Positions 38,322 to 49,083 are shown, counted from the stretch's first letter. The stretch: 64,000 bases of DNA from a bacterium (GCA_028819345.1 JAPPLW010000099.1:97333-161332), one strand, 5' to 3'. The notes: generated by a model from the letters alone, not told the origin. Numbers and translations: made by a program.

Positions 38322-39380
38322 GTGAGCGCCTACCGATTGGCAGTGATCCCCGGCGACGGGATCGGTCCGGAAGTAATCGCCTGTGCCTTGGATGCAGTGG
38401 AGGCGGCTGCTCGGGAGTTCGGGTTCAGGGTGGACCTCACCGACTATGACCTGGGGAGCGGGCGCTATCTCGCCACCGGAGAGGTCTTGCCCGACTCGGT
38501 GGTGGCCGAGTTGGCCGAGCATGACGCCATCCTTCACGGCGCGGTGGGCACCCCGGAGGTCCCTCCGGGCGTCCTGGAACGGGGTCTCCTGCTGCGACTG
38601 CGGTTCGAGTTCGACATGTATGTGAATTTCCGCCCCATCAAGCTCTATCCAGGTGTCTCCAGTGCCATCACCGGACTCACGCCCGAACGGTGCGACATGG
38701 AGGTGATGAGGGAGAACACCGAGGGTCTGTACTCGGGCAGCGGGGGATTCCTCCACAAGGGGACCGATGCCGAGATCGCCAACCAGAACTCGGTCAACAC
38801 GCGGACGGGAACCGAGCGAATCGTCCGGTACGCCTTCGAACGGGCTATGAGGAGAGACCGTCGGTTGACCCTTTGCCACAAGACCAACGTGCTCACCTTC
38901 GCGGGCGACCTTTGGCAGCGGACCACCGACGAGGTGGCGGCGGAGTATCCGCAGGTCGAGGTCGACTACGTGCATGTGGACGCCGCCTGCATCCACCTGA
39001 TCGAGAGCCCCGAGCGCTTCGACGTGATAGTGACCGACAATATGTTCGGCGACATCATCACCGACCTGGGAGGGGCGATAGCAGGGGGAATCGGCCTCGC
39101 GGCCAGCGGCAACCTGAATCCGACCGGCGAGTATCCCTCCCTCTTCGAGCCGGTGCACGGGACCGCCCCCGACATCGTGGGCACGGGTTGGGCGAATCCA
39201 GTGGCGGCGGTCTTCTCCGCCGCTCTGTGCCTGGAGCACCTGGGAGAAGGAGAGGCGGCGACCATGGTGGAGAAAGCCGCTGCCGAGGTTCTCCTCGGGC
39301 TGGGCGCCATGGCAGGACCCCGAATGGGCGCCTCCACCTCCGAGATAGGAGACCGGATAGTGGAGGCTATCGGAGCCTAG
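38322..39380 (+). CDS. leuB: 3-isopropylmalate dehydrogenase (actinobacterial type)
   Basis: [47 protein letters not shown]. Confidence 0.92.
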   Translation: MSAYRLAVIPGDGIGPEVIACALDAVEAAAREFGFRVDLTDYDLGSGRYLATGEVLPDSVVAELAEHDAILHGAVGTPEVPPGVLERGLLLRLRFEFDMYVNFRPIKLYPGVSSAITGLTPERCDMEVMRENTEGLYSGSGGFLHKGTDAEIANQNSVNTRTGTERIVRYAFERAMRRDRRLTLCHKTNVLTFAGDLWQRTTDEVAAEYPQVEVDYVHVDAACIHLIESPERFDVIVTDNMFGDIITDLGGAIAGGIGLAASGNLNPTGEYPSLFEPVHGTAPDIVGTGWANPVAAVFSAALCLEHLGEGEAATMVEKAAAEVLLGLGAMAGPRMGASTSEIGDRIVEAIGA

Positions 39381-39931
39381 GCGATCTCTCTGACCCCGTT
39401 GTCGGTGATGAGATGGGTCATGGCCACATCGTGCGGATCGACGGGCACGGTTTCGGCCATCAACCGGTCCAGCGTGACTCCGACCCGCAGTGCATTCGCG
39501 AAGAGCCCGCCCAGAAGCCGGTCGTAATAGCCCTTACCACGCCCGAGCCGCCGTCCCCAGGGATCGAACGCCAGCCCCGGCACCAGGGCCACCTCGATCC
39601 GGTTCGGCGGCACTTCGGGGACCGAAGCCACGGGTTGGTGGAACCCGAAGCGATGAAGCTCCAACGGGGAGTGATAGGGATGGACCGTGAGAGGGCCGGC
39701 CGGCGGGGTCCGGGTCGTGAGCCATTCGATCATCGGCAAGCGGGCCACCACGGGTTCGAGATCCAGTTCGCCGGGGATCGCCATCCACACCAGGGTGGGT
39801 CCGGGCCGCCTCGGCGCCAGCCACCCCAGGACCTGCCGGCAGACCCTTGCGGACTCAGCGGCGGTGGGAGGAGGCTTCCCGCGGGCCTCGGCCCTGAGCC
39901 TGGCCTTGAGCTCCGACGTGCTCCTGTTCAC
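39377..39931 (-). CDS. 5-formyltetrahydrofolate cyclo-ligase
   Basis: [32 protein letters not shown]. Confidence 0.9.
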   Translation of the reverse strand: MNRSTSELKARLRAEARGKPPPTAAESARVCRQVLGWLAPRRPGPTLVWMAIPGELDLEPVVARLPMIEWLTTRTPPAGPLTVHPYHSPLELHRFGFHQPVASVPEVPPNRIEVALVPGLAFDPWGRRLGRGKGYYDRLLGGLFANALRVGVTLDRLMAETVPVDPHDVAMTHLITDNGVREIA

Positions 39932-39977
39932 ACCGAGCAAGCTACCAGCCTCCTGCGAGGGTTTAGCCTTAAGTTCC

Positions 39978-40703
39978 GTGAAAACGATCTTCCTGTTCCT
40001 TCGCAGCGGGATCACCTATCTGGTCGCCGGGCTCTCCACGGTGGGAGTTGCTCTGGCGATCGTGATCGGGTCGGTGTTCGGTTTCCTGGAGTCCTACGGC
40101 GAATGGATACTGAAGCGTTTCGGGCGAGTCTGGGTGGTTGCCTCCGGCATGCGGATGGAGGTGAACGGCCTGGAGAACATCGAGGAGGGGACGCCCTACA
40201 TAGTGGTCGCCAACCATCGCTCCAACATCGACATAATGGTCCTGACCGCCGCCCTGCCGATTCCCATCAGGTTCCTGTCCAAAATCGAAGTGTTTAAATT
40301 CCCGCTGCTGGGAAGCGCCATGCGAGGCGTGGGGATGATCCCGTTGGACCGCGAGATGGGGCGCCGAGAGCTGGCTTTCATAATCCGCAGCACCCGGTCG
40401 CTGGTGGCGGAAGGGAAGTCCCTGGTGGTCTTCCCGGAGGGGACCCGCAGCATCACCGGAGAGATGCTTCCCTTCAAGACCGGCGCCATTCACATCGCTG
40501 CCCGAACGGGCTGCCCGATTCTGCCGGTGGCAGTTCAGGGCACCGGTGCTATATGGCCTCCCGAGTCGGCATTGATCAGGGGAGGGCCGGTGAGCGTGGA
40601 AGTCATGCCCCCCATCACTCTCACCAAGAACGCCTCCCGTCAGAGCAAAGCCACCATCGGCGAGATCCGGCGCTCTCTCATGGAGGCGCTGGCCGGGACC
40701 TGA
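39978..40703 (+). CDS. plsC: 1-acyl-sn-glycerol-3-phosphate acyltransferase
   Basis: ANHRSNID (HX4D), FPEGTRS, FKTGA, PILPV. Confidence 0.88.
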   Translation: MKTIFLFLRSGITYLVAGLSTVGVALAIVIGSVFGFLESYGEWILKRFGRVWVVASGMRMEVNGLENIEEGTPYIVVANHRSNIDIMVLTAALPIPIRFLSKIEVFKFPLLGSAMRGVGMIPLDREMGRRELAFIIRSTRSLVAEGKSLVVFPEGTRSITGEMLPFKTGAIHIAARTGCPILPVAVQGTGAIWPPESALIRGGPVSVEVMPPITLTKNASRQSKATIGEIRRSLMEALAGT

Positions 40704-40734
40704 GCACCGGGGAGGGCGCTCCCCGGCTGCCGGC

Positions 40735-41586
40735 TCAGCCGGCCGCTTTTCTCATGGTGGGTACGGCCAGACGAATGCCCCCCACTCCCAGGTCCCGGCG
40801 ACGCACAGACAGTAAGCCAATCACGAGGAACACCACCGCCAGGCCTCCCAGGACAAGGGCGTGCTCGGCGTCCAAGCCATGACGAAGCGGGTTGGAGGCG
40901 TCGTAGTAGTAGAAGGGTGAGATGGGTTGCATGGCATCCAGCAACTCCACAAACCCGCCCAGGGAATTGAGCAGATAGGTGCCGGCCGCCACAAAGGTGA
41001 CGACTCCGACCGTCAGACCCCTGAGACCTGTACCGGTGCCGACGGCCAGCGCCAGCGATCCGAAGAACACCCCCAGCAACACCGCCATCAGGACTGCGGC
41101 CGCGATATTTCCTACCGGGATCTCGACCCCGAATAGAACGCTGTCCACAGCCAGAGAGGCGAACACGGCCAGACCCAGCACCAACTCGGCCAGCACCAGG
41201 GCCAGCCACTTCTGCCAGACCAGGCCGAATCTCGTGAGTGAAGTGGCCATAACCAGGTCGATGGTGCCGTCCTCCTCCTCCCCGGCCACCGCTCGGGCCC
41301 CCTGGACGGTTCCGTAAATCGCAAACACCAGGGGGACGACCCACCCGAAGGCCTCCGCCTGCATGAACCCGATGGGGTCAAACAGGTTCTCCTCGCTACC
41401 GACCCCCATGATCGCCAGAAACTCGTCCGGGTAGGTCTCAAGCAGCGCTTCGAACTGCCCCTGGTTATCCCTCACGATGGGATAGAAAGCGCCGATGCCC
41501 AGCAAGTACCCGAATATCCCCACCACCCACCAAAAAAGCGACCGGCGGCGGTCCCGCAGAGTCTTCAGCGCCACGTTGTTCAACAT
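40735..41586 (-). CDS. ABC-2 type exporter permease
   Basis: Six TM helices, AVAGEEEDGTIDLVMA, SPFYYY. Confidence 0.85.
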   Translation of the reverse strand: MLNNVALKTLRDRRRSLFWWVVGIFGYLLGIGAFYPIVRDNQGQFEALLETYPDEFLAIMGVGSEENLFDPIGFMQAEAFGWVVPLVFAIYGTVQGARAVAGEEEDGTIDLVMATSLTRFGLVWQKWLALVLAELVLGLAVFASLAVDSVLFGVEIPVGNIAAAVLMAVLLGVFFGSLALAVGTGTGLRGLTVGVVTFVAAGTYLLNSLGGFVELLDAMQPISPFYYYDASNPLRHGLDAEHALVLGGLAVVFLVIGLLSVRRRDLGVGGIRLAVPTMRKAAG

Positions 41587-41589
41587 TCC

Positions 41590-42477
41590 TCAGTCCTCCT
41601 CTCCTCGGTAGTAGTCCAAAAACAGGGCCTCCAGGTCCGCGCCGTGACTGACCAGATCGCGGACCCGGTGTTTGGCGACCGCCTTCAGCAATTCATCGAT
41701 GGCGCCGATCACCTGGCAGTGCAGGACGTTGCCGTGCACGTCGGCCATCCGGACGCCGTCCAACCGCTCGAACTCGGCGATGTGTGGAACGTCTTCAAAG
41801 ACGACCTCGAAGGTCCGGACGGCCTTCTGGCGAAGAGCCTCGAGTTCTTCCACTTCCACCAGACGGCCTTCCCGGATGATGCCCACCCTGTCGGCCACCC
41901 TCTCCACCTCCGACAGGACGTGGGACGAGAAAAAGACCGTCACCCCGTCGGCCTTGAGTTCATCCAGGAGCCGGTACACCTCCTGCTGCACCAATGGATC
42001 GAGCCCGGACGTCGGCTCATCAAGGACCACCAATTCCGGACTGTGCATGAGCGCCTGCACCAATCCGAGTTTCTGGCGGTTTCCCTTGGACAGGTCACCG
42101 ATCCGGCGCGACAGATCGAGATCGAGCCTCTCCGAGAGCTTTCCCGCGAGGGCGTCTCCTCCCTTCCCCCGCAGATTCCCGATGTAGGTGAGGAAGTCGC
42201 GGGCAGACATCCGGGAATAGAACTCGACCTCTCCCGGCAAGTACCCGACCTTGCGCCTTATGGCGGGATCGCGAGGCGAGCCCCCCAACACCTCCACTGT
42301 TCCCTTTTGCGGCCGAATCAGATCCACCAGCATGCGGATGGTGGTGGTCTTGCCCGCTCCGTTGGGACCCAGATATCCGAAGACCTCCCCGGGCCGGACC
42401 TCAAGATCGAGGTCCAAGACTCCCCGGGCCTTTCCGTAGCTCTTGGTCACCCCCGCCAATCGGACGGGTCCCGTCAG
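41590..42477 (-). CDS. ABC exporter ATP-binding protein; probable CTG start
   Basis: GPNGAGKTT, LSKGNRQK, LDEPTSGLDP, SSHVLSEVE; SD GGAGGTG lies 4 nt before the in-frame CTG at 42477 (ORF track gives TTG 42459). Confidence 0.9.
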   Translation of the reverse strand: MTGPVRLAGVTKSYGKARGVLDLDLEVRPGEVFGYLGPNGAGKTTTIRMLVDLIRPQKGTVEVLGGSPRDPAIRRKVGYLPGEVEFYSRMSARDFLTYIGNLRGKGGDALAGKLSERLDLDLSRRIGDLSKGNRQKLGLVQALMHSPELVVLDEPTSGLDPLVQQEVYRLLDELKADGVTVFFSSHVLSEVERVADRVGIIREGRLVEVEELEALRQKAVRTFEVVFEDVPHIAEFERLDGVRMADVHGNVLHCQVIGAIDELLKAVAKHRVRDLVSHGADLEALFLDYYRGEED

Positions 42478-42537
42478 TTTTCACCTCCAACTTGGCCTAA
42501 CAGTTAGATTCTATTTGGTCCTCCCCCGTTACTTCCG

Positions 42538-43446
42538 TCAGGGACCGGCTCTCATCTCCTCCAGTTCCTCCAACGTCTTGGGCCAGTCCTTCTTGAGCAA
42601 CCGCGACAGGGACCGGTCGGCCAGGAGCTTTCCCCCTGTCTGGCAGGTTGCGCAATAGTTGGTCTCGTTGCTGGAGTACACGATCCTCTGTACGGGCGCG
42701 CCGCAGCGGGGACAGGGTGAACCGTATTTCCCGTGCACCGCCATCTCCGGCCGGAAGGCCGTGATCCTGGTGGGCCATCGGTCCCCGGTCTCGGCGGCCA
42801 GTCGGTCGATCCAGGAGGAGAGGACCCCGACGACCGCCTGGTGCAGGCGCTCGGATTCCTCGTCGGTGAGCCGGGACGTCATCTTGACGGGCGACAGCCG
42901 GGCCTCCCACAGTATCTCGTCCGAGTAGGCGTGGCCGATGCCCGACAGGATGGCGGGGCTGGTCAGGGCTCGCTTCAGCGTGTGGTTTCTCCGGCGAATC
43001 GCCTCGGAGAACTGGCGGGAGGAGATCTCGAGCGGTTCCAGGCCTCCGCGGTCCTGGGCCGCCAGGTCCTCTTCTCCCGACACCACCCATATCCCGGCCC
43101 GCCGTTTCGATCCCTGCTCGGTGAGCACCAGGGTCGACCCGGGAAAGTCCCAGGCCGCCAGGCCCACTTTGGCAGGTGGATTGACACCCGGCCGGTCATG
43201 CCAGCGAAACCGCCCGGCCACCATCAGATGGATCACCAGGAACAACTGGTCCCCGTCGAGTTCCCACACAATGCGCTTTCCGATCCGTCGCAGTCCCACC
43301 ACGGTCCTGCCTACCACCTCGGTGTGAGGAGGCTGGTAGGTGCGCAGCACCGACATGGACCGGACGTGGAATCCCTCCACCCTATGTCCCACGATGCGCC
43401 GATCCAAGGCCTTCAGGTAAAGGGCGACGTCAGGAAGTTCGGGCAT
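42538..43446 (-). CDS. Fpg/Nei family DNA glycosylase/AP lyase
   Basis: MPELPDV, HLMVAGR, SGIGHAYSDEIL, zinc finger CPRC...CATCQ. Confidence 0.92.
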   Translation of the reverse strand: MPELPDVALYLKALDRRIVGHRVEGFHVRSMSVLRTYQPPHTEVVGRTVVGLRRIGKRIVWELDGDQLFLVIHLMVAGRFRWHDRPGVNPPAKVGLAAWDFPGSTLVLTEQGSKRRAGIWVVSGEEDLAAQDRGGLEPLEISSRQFSEAIRRRNHTLKRALTSPAILSGIGHAYSDEILWEARLSPVKMTSRLTDEESERLHQAVVGVLSSWIDRLAAETGDRWPTRITAFRPEMAVHGKYGSPCPRCGAPVQRIVYSSNETNYCATCQTGGKLLADRSLSRLLKKDWPKTLEELEEMRAGP

Positions 43447-43515
43447 GTTCAGGGACGCTAGCGGGATGGCTACAATTGGAGCTTCCTGAGGATTTGATAA
43501 GAGAGGAGGAGCATC

Positions 43516-44094
43516 GTGGTCAACACTCTGTCAACCATGCTTCCATTGGGGACTCCCGCGCCGGGTTTCTCACTAACCGACACGGTGAGCGGGGAAACCG
43601 TTTCACTCGATGACTGCGACGGGAAGGTGCTGGTGGTCATGTTCATCTGCAACCACTGTCCCTTCGTGGTCCACATCATGGACGGCCTGGTGAGCTTCGG
43701 GTCCGACTACCAGGACACCAACGTCTCCGTGGTGGCCATCAGCTCCAACGACGTCGAGAACTATCCCGGCGACGCTCCCGATAAGCTCGCCGCCATGGCC
43801 CGTGAGCAGGGTTATGCCTTCCCCTACCTCTTCGACGAGACCCAGGAAGTGGCAAAGTCCTACACCGCCGCCTGCACGCCGGATTTCTACGTGTTCGGCC
43901 CGGACCGGACACTGGTCTACCGGGGTCAATTCGACGACTCCCGGCCCTCGAACTCCATTCCGGTGACCGGAGAAGACCTGCGGGCCGCCGTGGAGGCCGT
44001 ACGGGCCGACCAGGAGGTGGGGGCGGACCAGAAGCCCTCCATCGGATGCAATATCAAGTGGATTCCCGGCCAGGAGCCTGACTACTTCGGCTGA
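43516..44094 (+). CDS. AhpC/TSA-family thioredoxin-like protein
   Basis: FICNHCPFV, YPGDAP, YLFDETQEVAKSYTAACTPDF, PSIGCNIKW. Confidence 0.9.
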   Translation: MVNTLSTMLPLGTPAPGFSLTDTVSGETVSLDDCDGKVLVVMFICNHCPFVVHIMDGLVSFGSDYQDTNVSVVAISSNDVENYPGDAPDKLAAMAREQGYAFPYLFDETQEVAKSYTAACTPDFYVFGPDRTLVYRGQFDDSRPSNSIPVTGEDLRAAVEAVRADQEVGADQKPSIGCNIKWIPGQEPDYFG

Positions 44095-44148
44095 CCGCCT
44101 GCGCTAAACCCTCTCTCAGAGTCCCCTTCGCGGGGTAGGCTCGGGCTT

Positions 44149-45321
44149 GTGACGAGGATCCGTCCCAGGCGCAGGTGGAAGGTTCTCTTAGCCGCACTGA
44201 CCACTCTGGCGCTGGCGGCCGCCTGCGGGGGAGACACTGACGATCAACCCGAACCGGTCACGGCGGAGACGACTGCCCCGCCCACCACGGCCGTCCCACA
44301 GAACACGCGCGCTCCCGAAACCACCACCACCAGCGCCTCGCAGACGACCACGGTACCCGAAAGCACGACCACCACCGAAGCCCCCGTGTTCGAGCCGGTT
44401 CGCCTCTCCTACAACTACCCATCCGACGGCGAACTCGAATACTCAATCTCCATCGAGCAACAAGCCGAGGTTGAACTGGAGGGGGGACCGTCCGAGGGAA
44501 TGCCTCCCGGCCCCATCGAGATGAACACCATCCTGGCCGGCGCCATCAGCTACACGATCAGCCCCGGCCCCGATGAGGACACTGTCAGCATTCGGATCGT
44601 CTCCGACATCCAAATGGTTGAGAACGAGGCCACCATGGGCGGCTTCTCCATACCCGCATCCGAACTGGGTGAAGCTCCCGGCTTCGAGACGCCGATCGAC
44701 ATAACCGTCATCACGGACTCACAGGGCAACGTCCTTGAAGTCTCCAGTGAAGGTTTCGATGATCTCTTTGGCGGCATGAATCTCCAATCCGCCAGTTCGG
44801 TGGGTAATCAGCATTTGAGCCGACCGTTCGGTCCTGCTTTCCCCGATACTCCGCTGGGCGTCGGGGACTCGTGGACGGACCAGATCGAGCAAGAGGGTCC
44901 GTTCGGCTCGATTGTCACCGATGCCGACCATCTCGTTGTGGCTGTGGAGGGCACCGAAGAGCGCCCGATCCTGGTGGTGCAGAGCGAATACCGGACCGAC
45001 GCGTTCGAGTGGGACATGAGCGAGATGATGTTGGGGATGTTCGGTGCCTTCGCAGAGGAGGATTCCTCTGAAGAAGGTCAGGAAGGTGCGGGCTTATTCG
45101 GAGACATCCAACTACTGGTGAGCGCCACTCCGGGCGTCGTGCATTCCACTGTGCGTTTCGACCTCGGACTCGGCCTGGTCATCGAAGGCGAACAGCAAGC
45201 CCAGGGTAAGGTGGCCACCTCCATGACCATGCCCGGCGACGCCGGTGAACCATTCACGATCATCACCGCGGTCAAGTACGACCAGCAGACCTTCTTCCAG
45301 TTGATCAGTCCGGCGGCCTGA
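44149..45321 (+). CDS. Lipoprotein of unknown function with Thr-rich linker
   Basis: Basic N-terminus plus LALAAAC lipobox; T/P-rich tether; beta-rich acidic domain. Confidence 0.75.
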   Translation: MTRIRPRRRWKVLLAALTTLALAAACGGDTDDQPEPVTAETTAPPTTAVPQNTRAPETTTTSASQTTTVPESTTTTEAPVFEPVRLSYNYPSDGELEYSISIEQQAEVELEGGPSEGMPPGPIEMNTILAGAISYTISPGPDEDTVSIRIVSDIQMVENEATMGGFSIPASELGEAPGFETPIDITVITDSQGNVLEVSSEGFDDLFGGMNLQSASSVGNQHLSRPFGPAFPDTPLGVGDSWTDQIEQEGPFGSIVTDADHLVVAVEGTEERPILVVQSEYRTDAFEWDMSEMMLGMFGAFAEEDSSEEGQEGAGLFGDIQLLVSATPGVVHSTVRFDLGLGLVIEGEQQAQGKVATSMTMPGDAGEPFTIITAVKYDQQTFFQLISPAA

Positions 45322-45399
45322 CCTCTTCCGCTTAGGCCGCACTCCCGCCGCCAGTAGATTGCGCTGCAGTAACCACCAGACGGGGTAGTTCAGACGAAT

Positions 45400-45759
45400 A
45401 TGCGGACCGAAGAGTTCGAGGCAGTGATAGACCGGGTCCTCTCGGAACTTCCCCCCTGGGTCGCCTCTCTCATGGACAACGTGCTGATCGTGGCCATGGA
45501 CTCGCCGCCTCCCGAGGACCACAGGGAGGGCGCCCGGGAAGAACTGTTGGGAGAATACGTCGGCGTCTCCCTCCCGGATCGGGCCGCCGACTACTGGGGA
45601 GTCCTCCCCGACGAGATCCGCCTGTACCGCCTGGCCCACCTGGATCTGGGCCTCTCCCGCCCCGAGACCGAAGAGGAGATCCGTCGCACCCTGTTGCACG
45701 AACTCGGTCACTACCTGGGCTTCTCCGAACGCCGCCTACACCAACTGGGCTGGGACTAG
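45400..45759 (+). CDS. Minimal zincin metallopeptidase (DUF1025-like)
   Basis: LLGEYVGV, PDEIRLYR, TLLHELGHYLG (HExxH). Confidence 0.87.
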   Translation: MRTEEFEAVIDRVLSELPPWVASLMDNVLIVAMDSPPPEDHREGAREELLGEYVGVSLPDRAADYWGVLPDEIRLYRLAHLDLGLSRPETEEEIRRTLLHELGHYLGFSERRLHQLGWD

Positions 45760-45891
45760 CCCGAACCGGGGGACCCGGATCAGTAATGAGTCCCAGTCCC
45801 GGCCCCCGACAAACGGCGTGTTGCAGATAGCATTGAGGGACGTGCAGGTCCCGGCTAATAGCAGATCGAGCGACCCGGGCCGACGGGCAAA

Positions 45892-47181
45892 TCAGGAACC
45901 CGGCGCCCGGTCCCGTGGCGCCGGTGACCAACTGGCGAAGACGCCGTTGCCGACCGTAATCGGATCGGGCTCGTCGAGACGCTGGATGAAGATCTGGTCC
46001 TCGCCGTTGCGGTAAGATGTCCCCGGGTAGGTGAACGCATCTCCGGTGGGAGACCAGAGGGTGAGGCTACGGGAGTACTGATCCCAAAACGGCAGGTACT
46101 GGACGACCCAGACGCGAGACGGTAGGAATGCGGGGAATGCCAGGGTGTCTCTCCCGTCCCATACCCTCGGCTTCAGAGCCCGGGCCTCGCGATCCACCGC
46201 CATGAACAAGAGCCTGTCGCCCGCCGGGCTCCATTCGAAGGCGGCAACCTCGCCCTCGGAGACCACCGTTTCGAACCCACCGGCCAGATCCAACACCCGC
46301 AGGGGGCCGGAGAAGTCATAGACCGCTACCCATTTCCCGGTCGGGTCCGGCTCGAAAATGGCCGCTCCCTCCAACTCCGCCAGCGTGAGAACGGAACCGG
46401 CCTCAAGATCGCTCAAGATCAGCCGTTGCGGAGAGGAGTTGTCGTCCTGAGCGTCGGCCGTCATCCCCAGACTCACCTGGACGGAACCCGGCGAATCCGG
46501 CGTGACAATCAGAATGCGGTCCCCCGAGAGCCAAGCCGGGGCCTGGAACCTTCCCACCCTGATGGGAATGTCCTCCGATGACCATGCCTCGCCGGTAAGC
46601 GTCAGCAATGACATTGCTTCGCCTACATGGGTGACGATCGCCCGGGAATCGGGCCGCCAGTCGAAATAGAACGGCTGGCCCGTGGCGACGATCTCCACCG
46701 ATTCCCTCCGGTAGTCCAGCACGCCCATTTCCAATGGCGAAAAGGCGTTTTGGCCCAGGAACGCCAGCAAGGTGGCATCCGGACTCCAGTAGTAATAGAA
46801 AGGCGCCACCGGCGCCGGGTGTCTGGTTATCTCCCCGGTGTCCACATCGCCCAGCGCGACACTGAAGCCACCTTCATCACCGAGTTCCGTCCACGCCACG
46901 AGGCGACGACCGTCGACGGAGACCGGCGCCCAAGTGGGCTGCAGGCCGGGGTGTCCGGGGCCCACCGGGCCCCGTAGTTCCCGCACCAGGGTCCCGTCGG
47001 GTTTGATCACCGTCACCTTCCCGTCCGAGCCGGTGACCAGCAAGAGGTCGAGGACCTCCGGGCCCGCCGCAGGCGGTGTCTCCTCCTCCGGCTGGGGGAT
47101 GATCTCTCCGGGGTCTTCTGTCTGCCCGCAGGCGACCAGCGCCATCACCACCCAGAAGCCCGCAGCCAACTTCCGGATCAA
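45892..47181 (-). CDS. Lipoprotein with TolB-like beta-propeller repeats
   Basis: MALVACG lipobox; repeated QPTWAP, YYWSPDA, FDWRPDS, FEWSPAG, LWSPTG, ASWSP blades; start estimated. Confidence 0.75.
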   Translation of the reverse strand: MIRKLAAGFWVVMALVACGQTEDPGEIIPQPEEETPPAAGPEVLDLLLVTGSDGKVTVIKPDGTLVRELRGPVGPGHPGLQPTWAPVSVDGRRLVAWTELGDEGGFSVALGDVDTGEITRHPAPVAPFYYYWSPDATLLAFLGQNAFSPLEMGVLDYRRESVEIVATGQPFYFDWRPDSRAIVTHVGEAMSLLTLTGEAWSSEDIPIRVGRFQAPAWLSGDRILIVTPDSPGSVQVSLGMTADAQDDNSSPQRLILSDLEAGSVLTLAELEGAAIFEPDPTGKWVAVYDFSGPLRVLDLAGGFETVVSEGEVAAFEWSPAGDRLLFMAVDREARALKPRVWDGRDTLAFPAFLPSRVWVVQYLPFWDQYSRSLTLWSPTGDAFTYPGTSYRNGEDQIFIQRLDEPDPITVGNGVFASWSPAPRDRAPGS

Positions 47182-47309
47182 CCCGATCCCGACCCTACTG
47201 CAGGGCGCGGCAGGGCTCCTTTGCCGACCCCGGCACAGCAAAACCGCTTTACGACCACCGCGCACAGGGCTGGCAGATAAACGCCACGACGATTGGTGGC
47301 GGGAGCTAC

Positions 47310-49010
47310 CTATCGAATCTCGCCGACCGAGACAACCGATGCCTCGGATACTCCCGCCTCCCCCAGCGACCGGGCCAGGCCTTGCCGGTAGTACTTGGAT
47401 CCGACGTCCCGGACATGGCTCTCCAAGGTATCGCTCCTCCATATCCGGAACACACGAGAGGCGACACGACTGCGTTGGGAGACGTCCTCAGCGGATCCCA
47501 CCATATCGATGGCTTCGGTCACGTCGGCCACCAAGAGATGGGCGAACCCTCTCTCCGCTTCCGCTTCGAACGCAGGCTTGGAAATGTCCCGCCCGACCAT
47601 CCGTTCAGCCGCGCTGTGACCTGCCTGCCAGCTTTGTTCGGTCAACATCTGCAGATGGGGTCGAAGGCGGCCGTCCACCTCCTCGGCGTTCCAGAGCAGG
47701 TCTCCGACACGTATGCCCTCCAGCACCCGATTCTGCTCCTCTGCCAAGAGCCTCTTGAACAGACGGAGAAACTGGTTGGCAACCGGCAGCAACATCTCTT
47801 CTCTCAGCGTCTCCGCGTCCGCTTCGCCCACCCGGGAACTTTCCTGCCGGGGTTCTGTCGAGGGAGGCGCGGCGTCCGCGGAGCCGTTGGGGCCGGCCGA
47901 CGGCGTCGATGAGGATCGGGAAGCGGCGGGGGCGGCCCTCCGCAGGGAGGCAAACAGGTCCTCCAATCCTCCGAGAGCGTCCTGAGGGTGGGCAGTCTCG
48001 TCCGCGGAGGTAGCTTTGCCCTGCTCCCCGGCCGGTGTCGGGCCGGCGCCCGCCACCCCGTCCTCGGGCAGAGCACCAGGGTCCGGAGCCGTCGCCGATG
48101 TGTCGCCCTCAGGGTCGGAGGTCGCCTCCTGCTGCCGCGGGAGATCGGCGGTGGAGGTCTCCTCCGGTTCATCCTGGGGGATCACCCTGACCAATCCCGA
48201 CATCTCATGTTGAGGAGTCACGTGGGCGACCTCCTCAACCTCGGGAGCAGGCCGGTAGATCAAGGCGCCGGTCTGGTCCACCAGTTTCACTCCGATGGGC
48301 GCCGCCCCGGAACGGATGCCTCCTATCTCCTCCAGCAACTGGTCGCGATGGCGCTCTAGGGCCAAGACCCTCTCCTGGATGGCGGAGACTCGCTGCTGGG
48401 CGGAGTCGATCATCTGGTCGCAAAGCGTTCGCGTCCGCTCCTCCACCTCCAACGATTCCACATTGGCGTCGCTCCGGATCGACTCGGCCCTCCGGCGGGC
48501 GTCCTCTCTGATGCGGTGAGACTCGTTCTCCGCCTCTGCAATTATCTCCTGTGAATGCTTCTCGATGTTGTGATAGGTCTCGACTTCCACTTCCTGCAGT
48601 TGGGCGATCATCTCGGTGGCCACCTCCCAGGCTGAGGCCCGCAGTTCCTCCGCGGCGGCCTGCGCCTCGACGATCCTCTTCTCCACCTCGGTGGTGGCCT
48701 CCCCCCGCCAGCGAGCCGCATCCTCCTCGGCTTGTCTTCTAATCCTGGCGGCCGTGTCCTGGACCGATCTCAGGAGGTCTCCTATCTCACTTCCCAACTC
48801 GCGGTACCGGTCTAGCTGGGCGCCGGAGGCCGGCGAATCCGGGTATCGGGAGAGTTGCTCGGCGCTCGCCAATTTGGACTGGAGAAGTTCCTGCAGGTAC
48901 TGGTCAACCGCTTTGCGGTGATAACCGAAGAAGGCGGGGGGAAAGTCAGGGGAGTTGAGTTCGGCTTCCCCCGCCTCTCTGCCGGATAAGTGGGCCATGG
49001 TGGATGACAT
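47310..49010 (-). CDS. DivIVA-domain coiled-coil protein
   Basis: DFPPAFFGYHRKAVDQYL DivIVA motif, long coiled coil, disordered linker, helical C-terminal domain. Confidence 0.78.
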   Translation of the reverse strand: MSSTMAHLSGREAGEAELNSPDFPPAFFGYHRKAVDQYLQELLQSKLASAEQLSRYPDSPASGAQLDRYRELGSEIGDLLRSVQDTAARIRRQAEEDAARWRGEATTEVEKRIVEAQAAAEELRASAWEVATEMIAQLQEVEVETYHNIEKHSQEIIAEAENESHRIREDARRRAESIRSDANVESLEVEERTRTLCDQMIDSAQQRVSAIQERVLALERHRDQLLEEIGGIRSGAAPIGVKLVDQTGALIYRPAPEVEEVAHVTPQHEMSGLVRVIPQDEPEETSTADLPRQQEATSDPEGDTSATAPDPGALPEDGVAGAGPTPAGEQGKATSADETAHPQDALGGLEDLFASLRRAAPAASRSSSTPSAGPNGSADAAPPSTEPRQESSRVGEADAETLREEMLLPVANQFLRLFKRLLAEEQNRVLEGIRVGDLLWNAEEVDGRLRPHLQMLTEQSWQAGHSAAERMVGRDISKPAFEAEAERGFAHLLVADVTEAIDMVGSAEDVSQRSRVASRVFRIWRSDTLESHVRDVGSKYYRQGLARSLGEAGVSEASVVSVGEIR

Positions 49011-49083
49011 TACCGCCGAACCGCCGATTTTGAATATCAAACGGGTTTTTATCCTCTCCCCCTCCTCATTAGTGTCATGGCTC

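Noticed and set aside
38690-40297. 535-aa plus-strand ORF spanning leuB to plsC
   Set aside because: Low-complexity Arg/Gly/Pro out-of-frame read across three real genes
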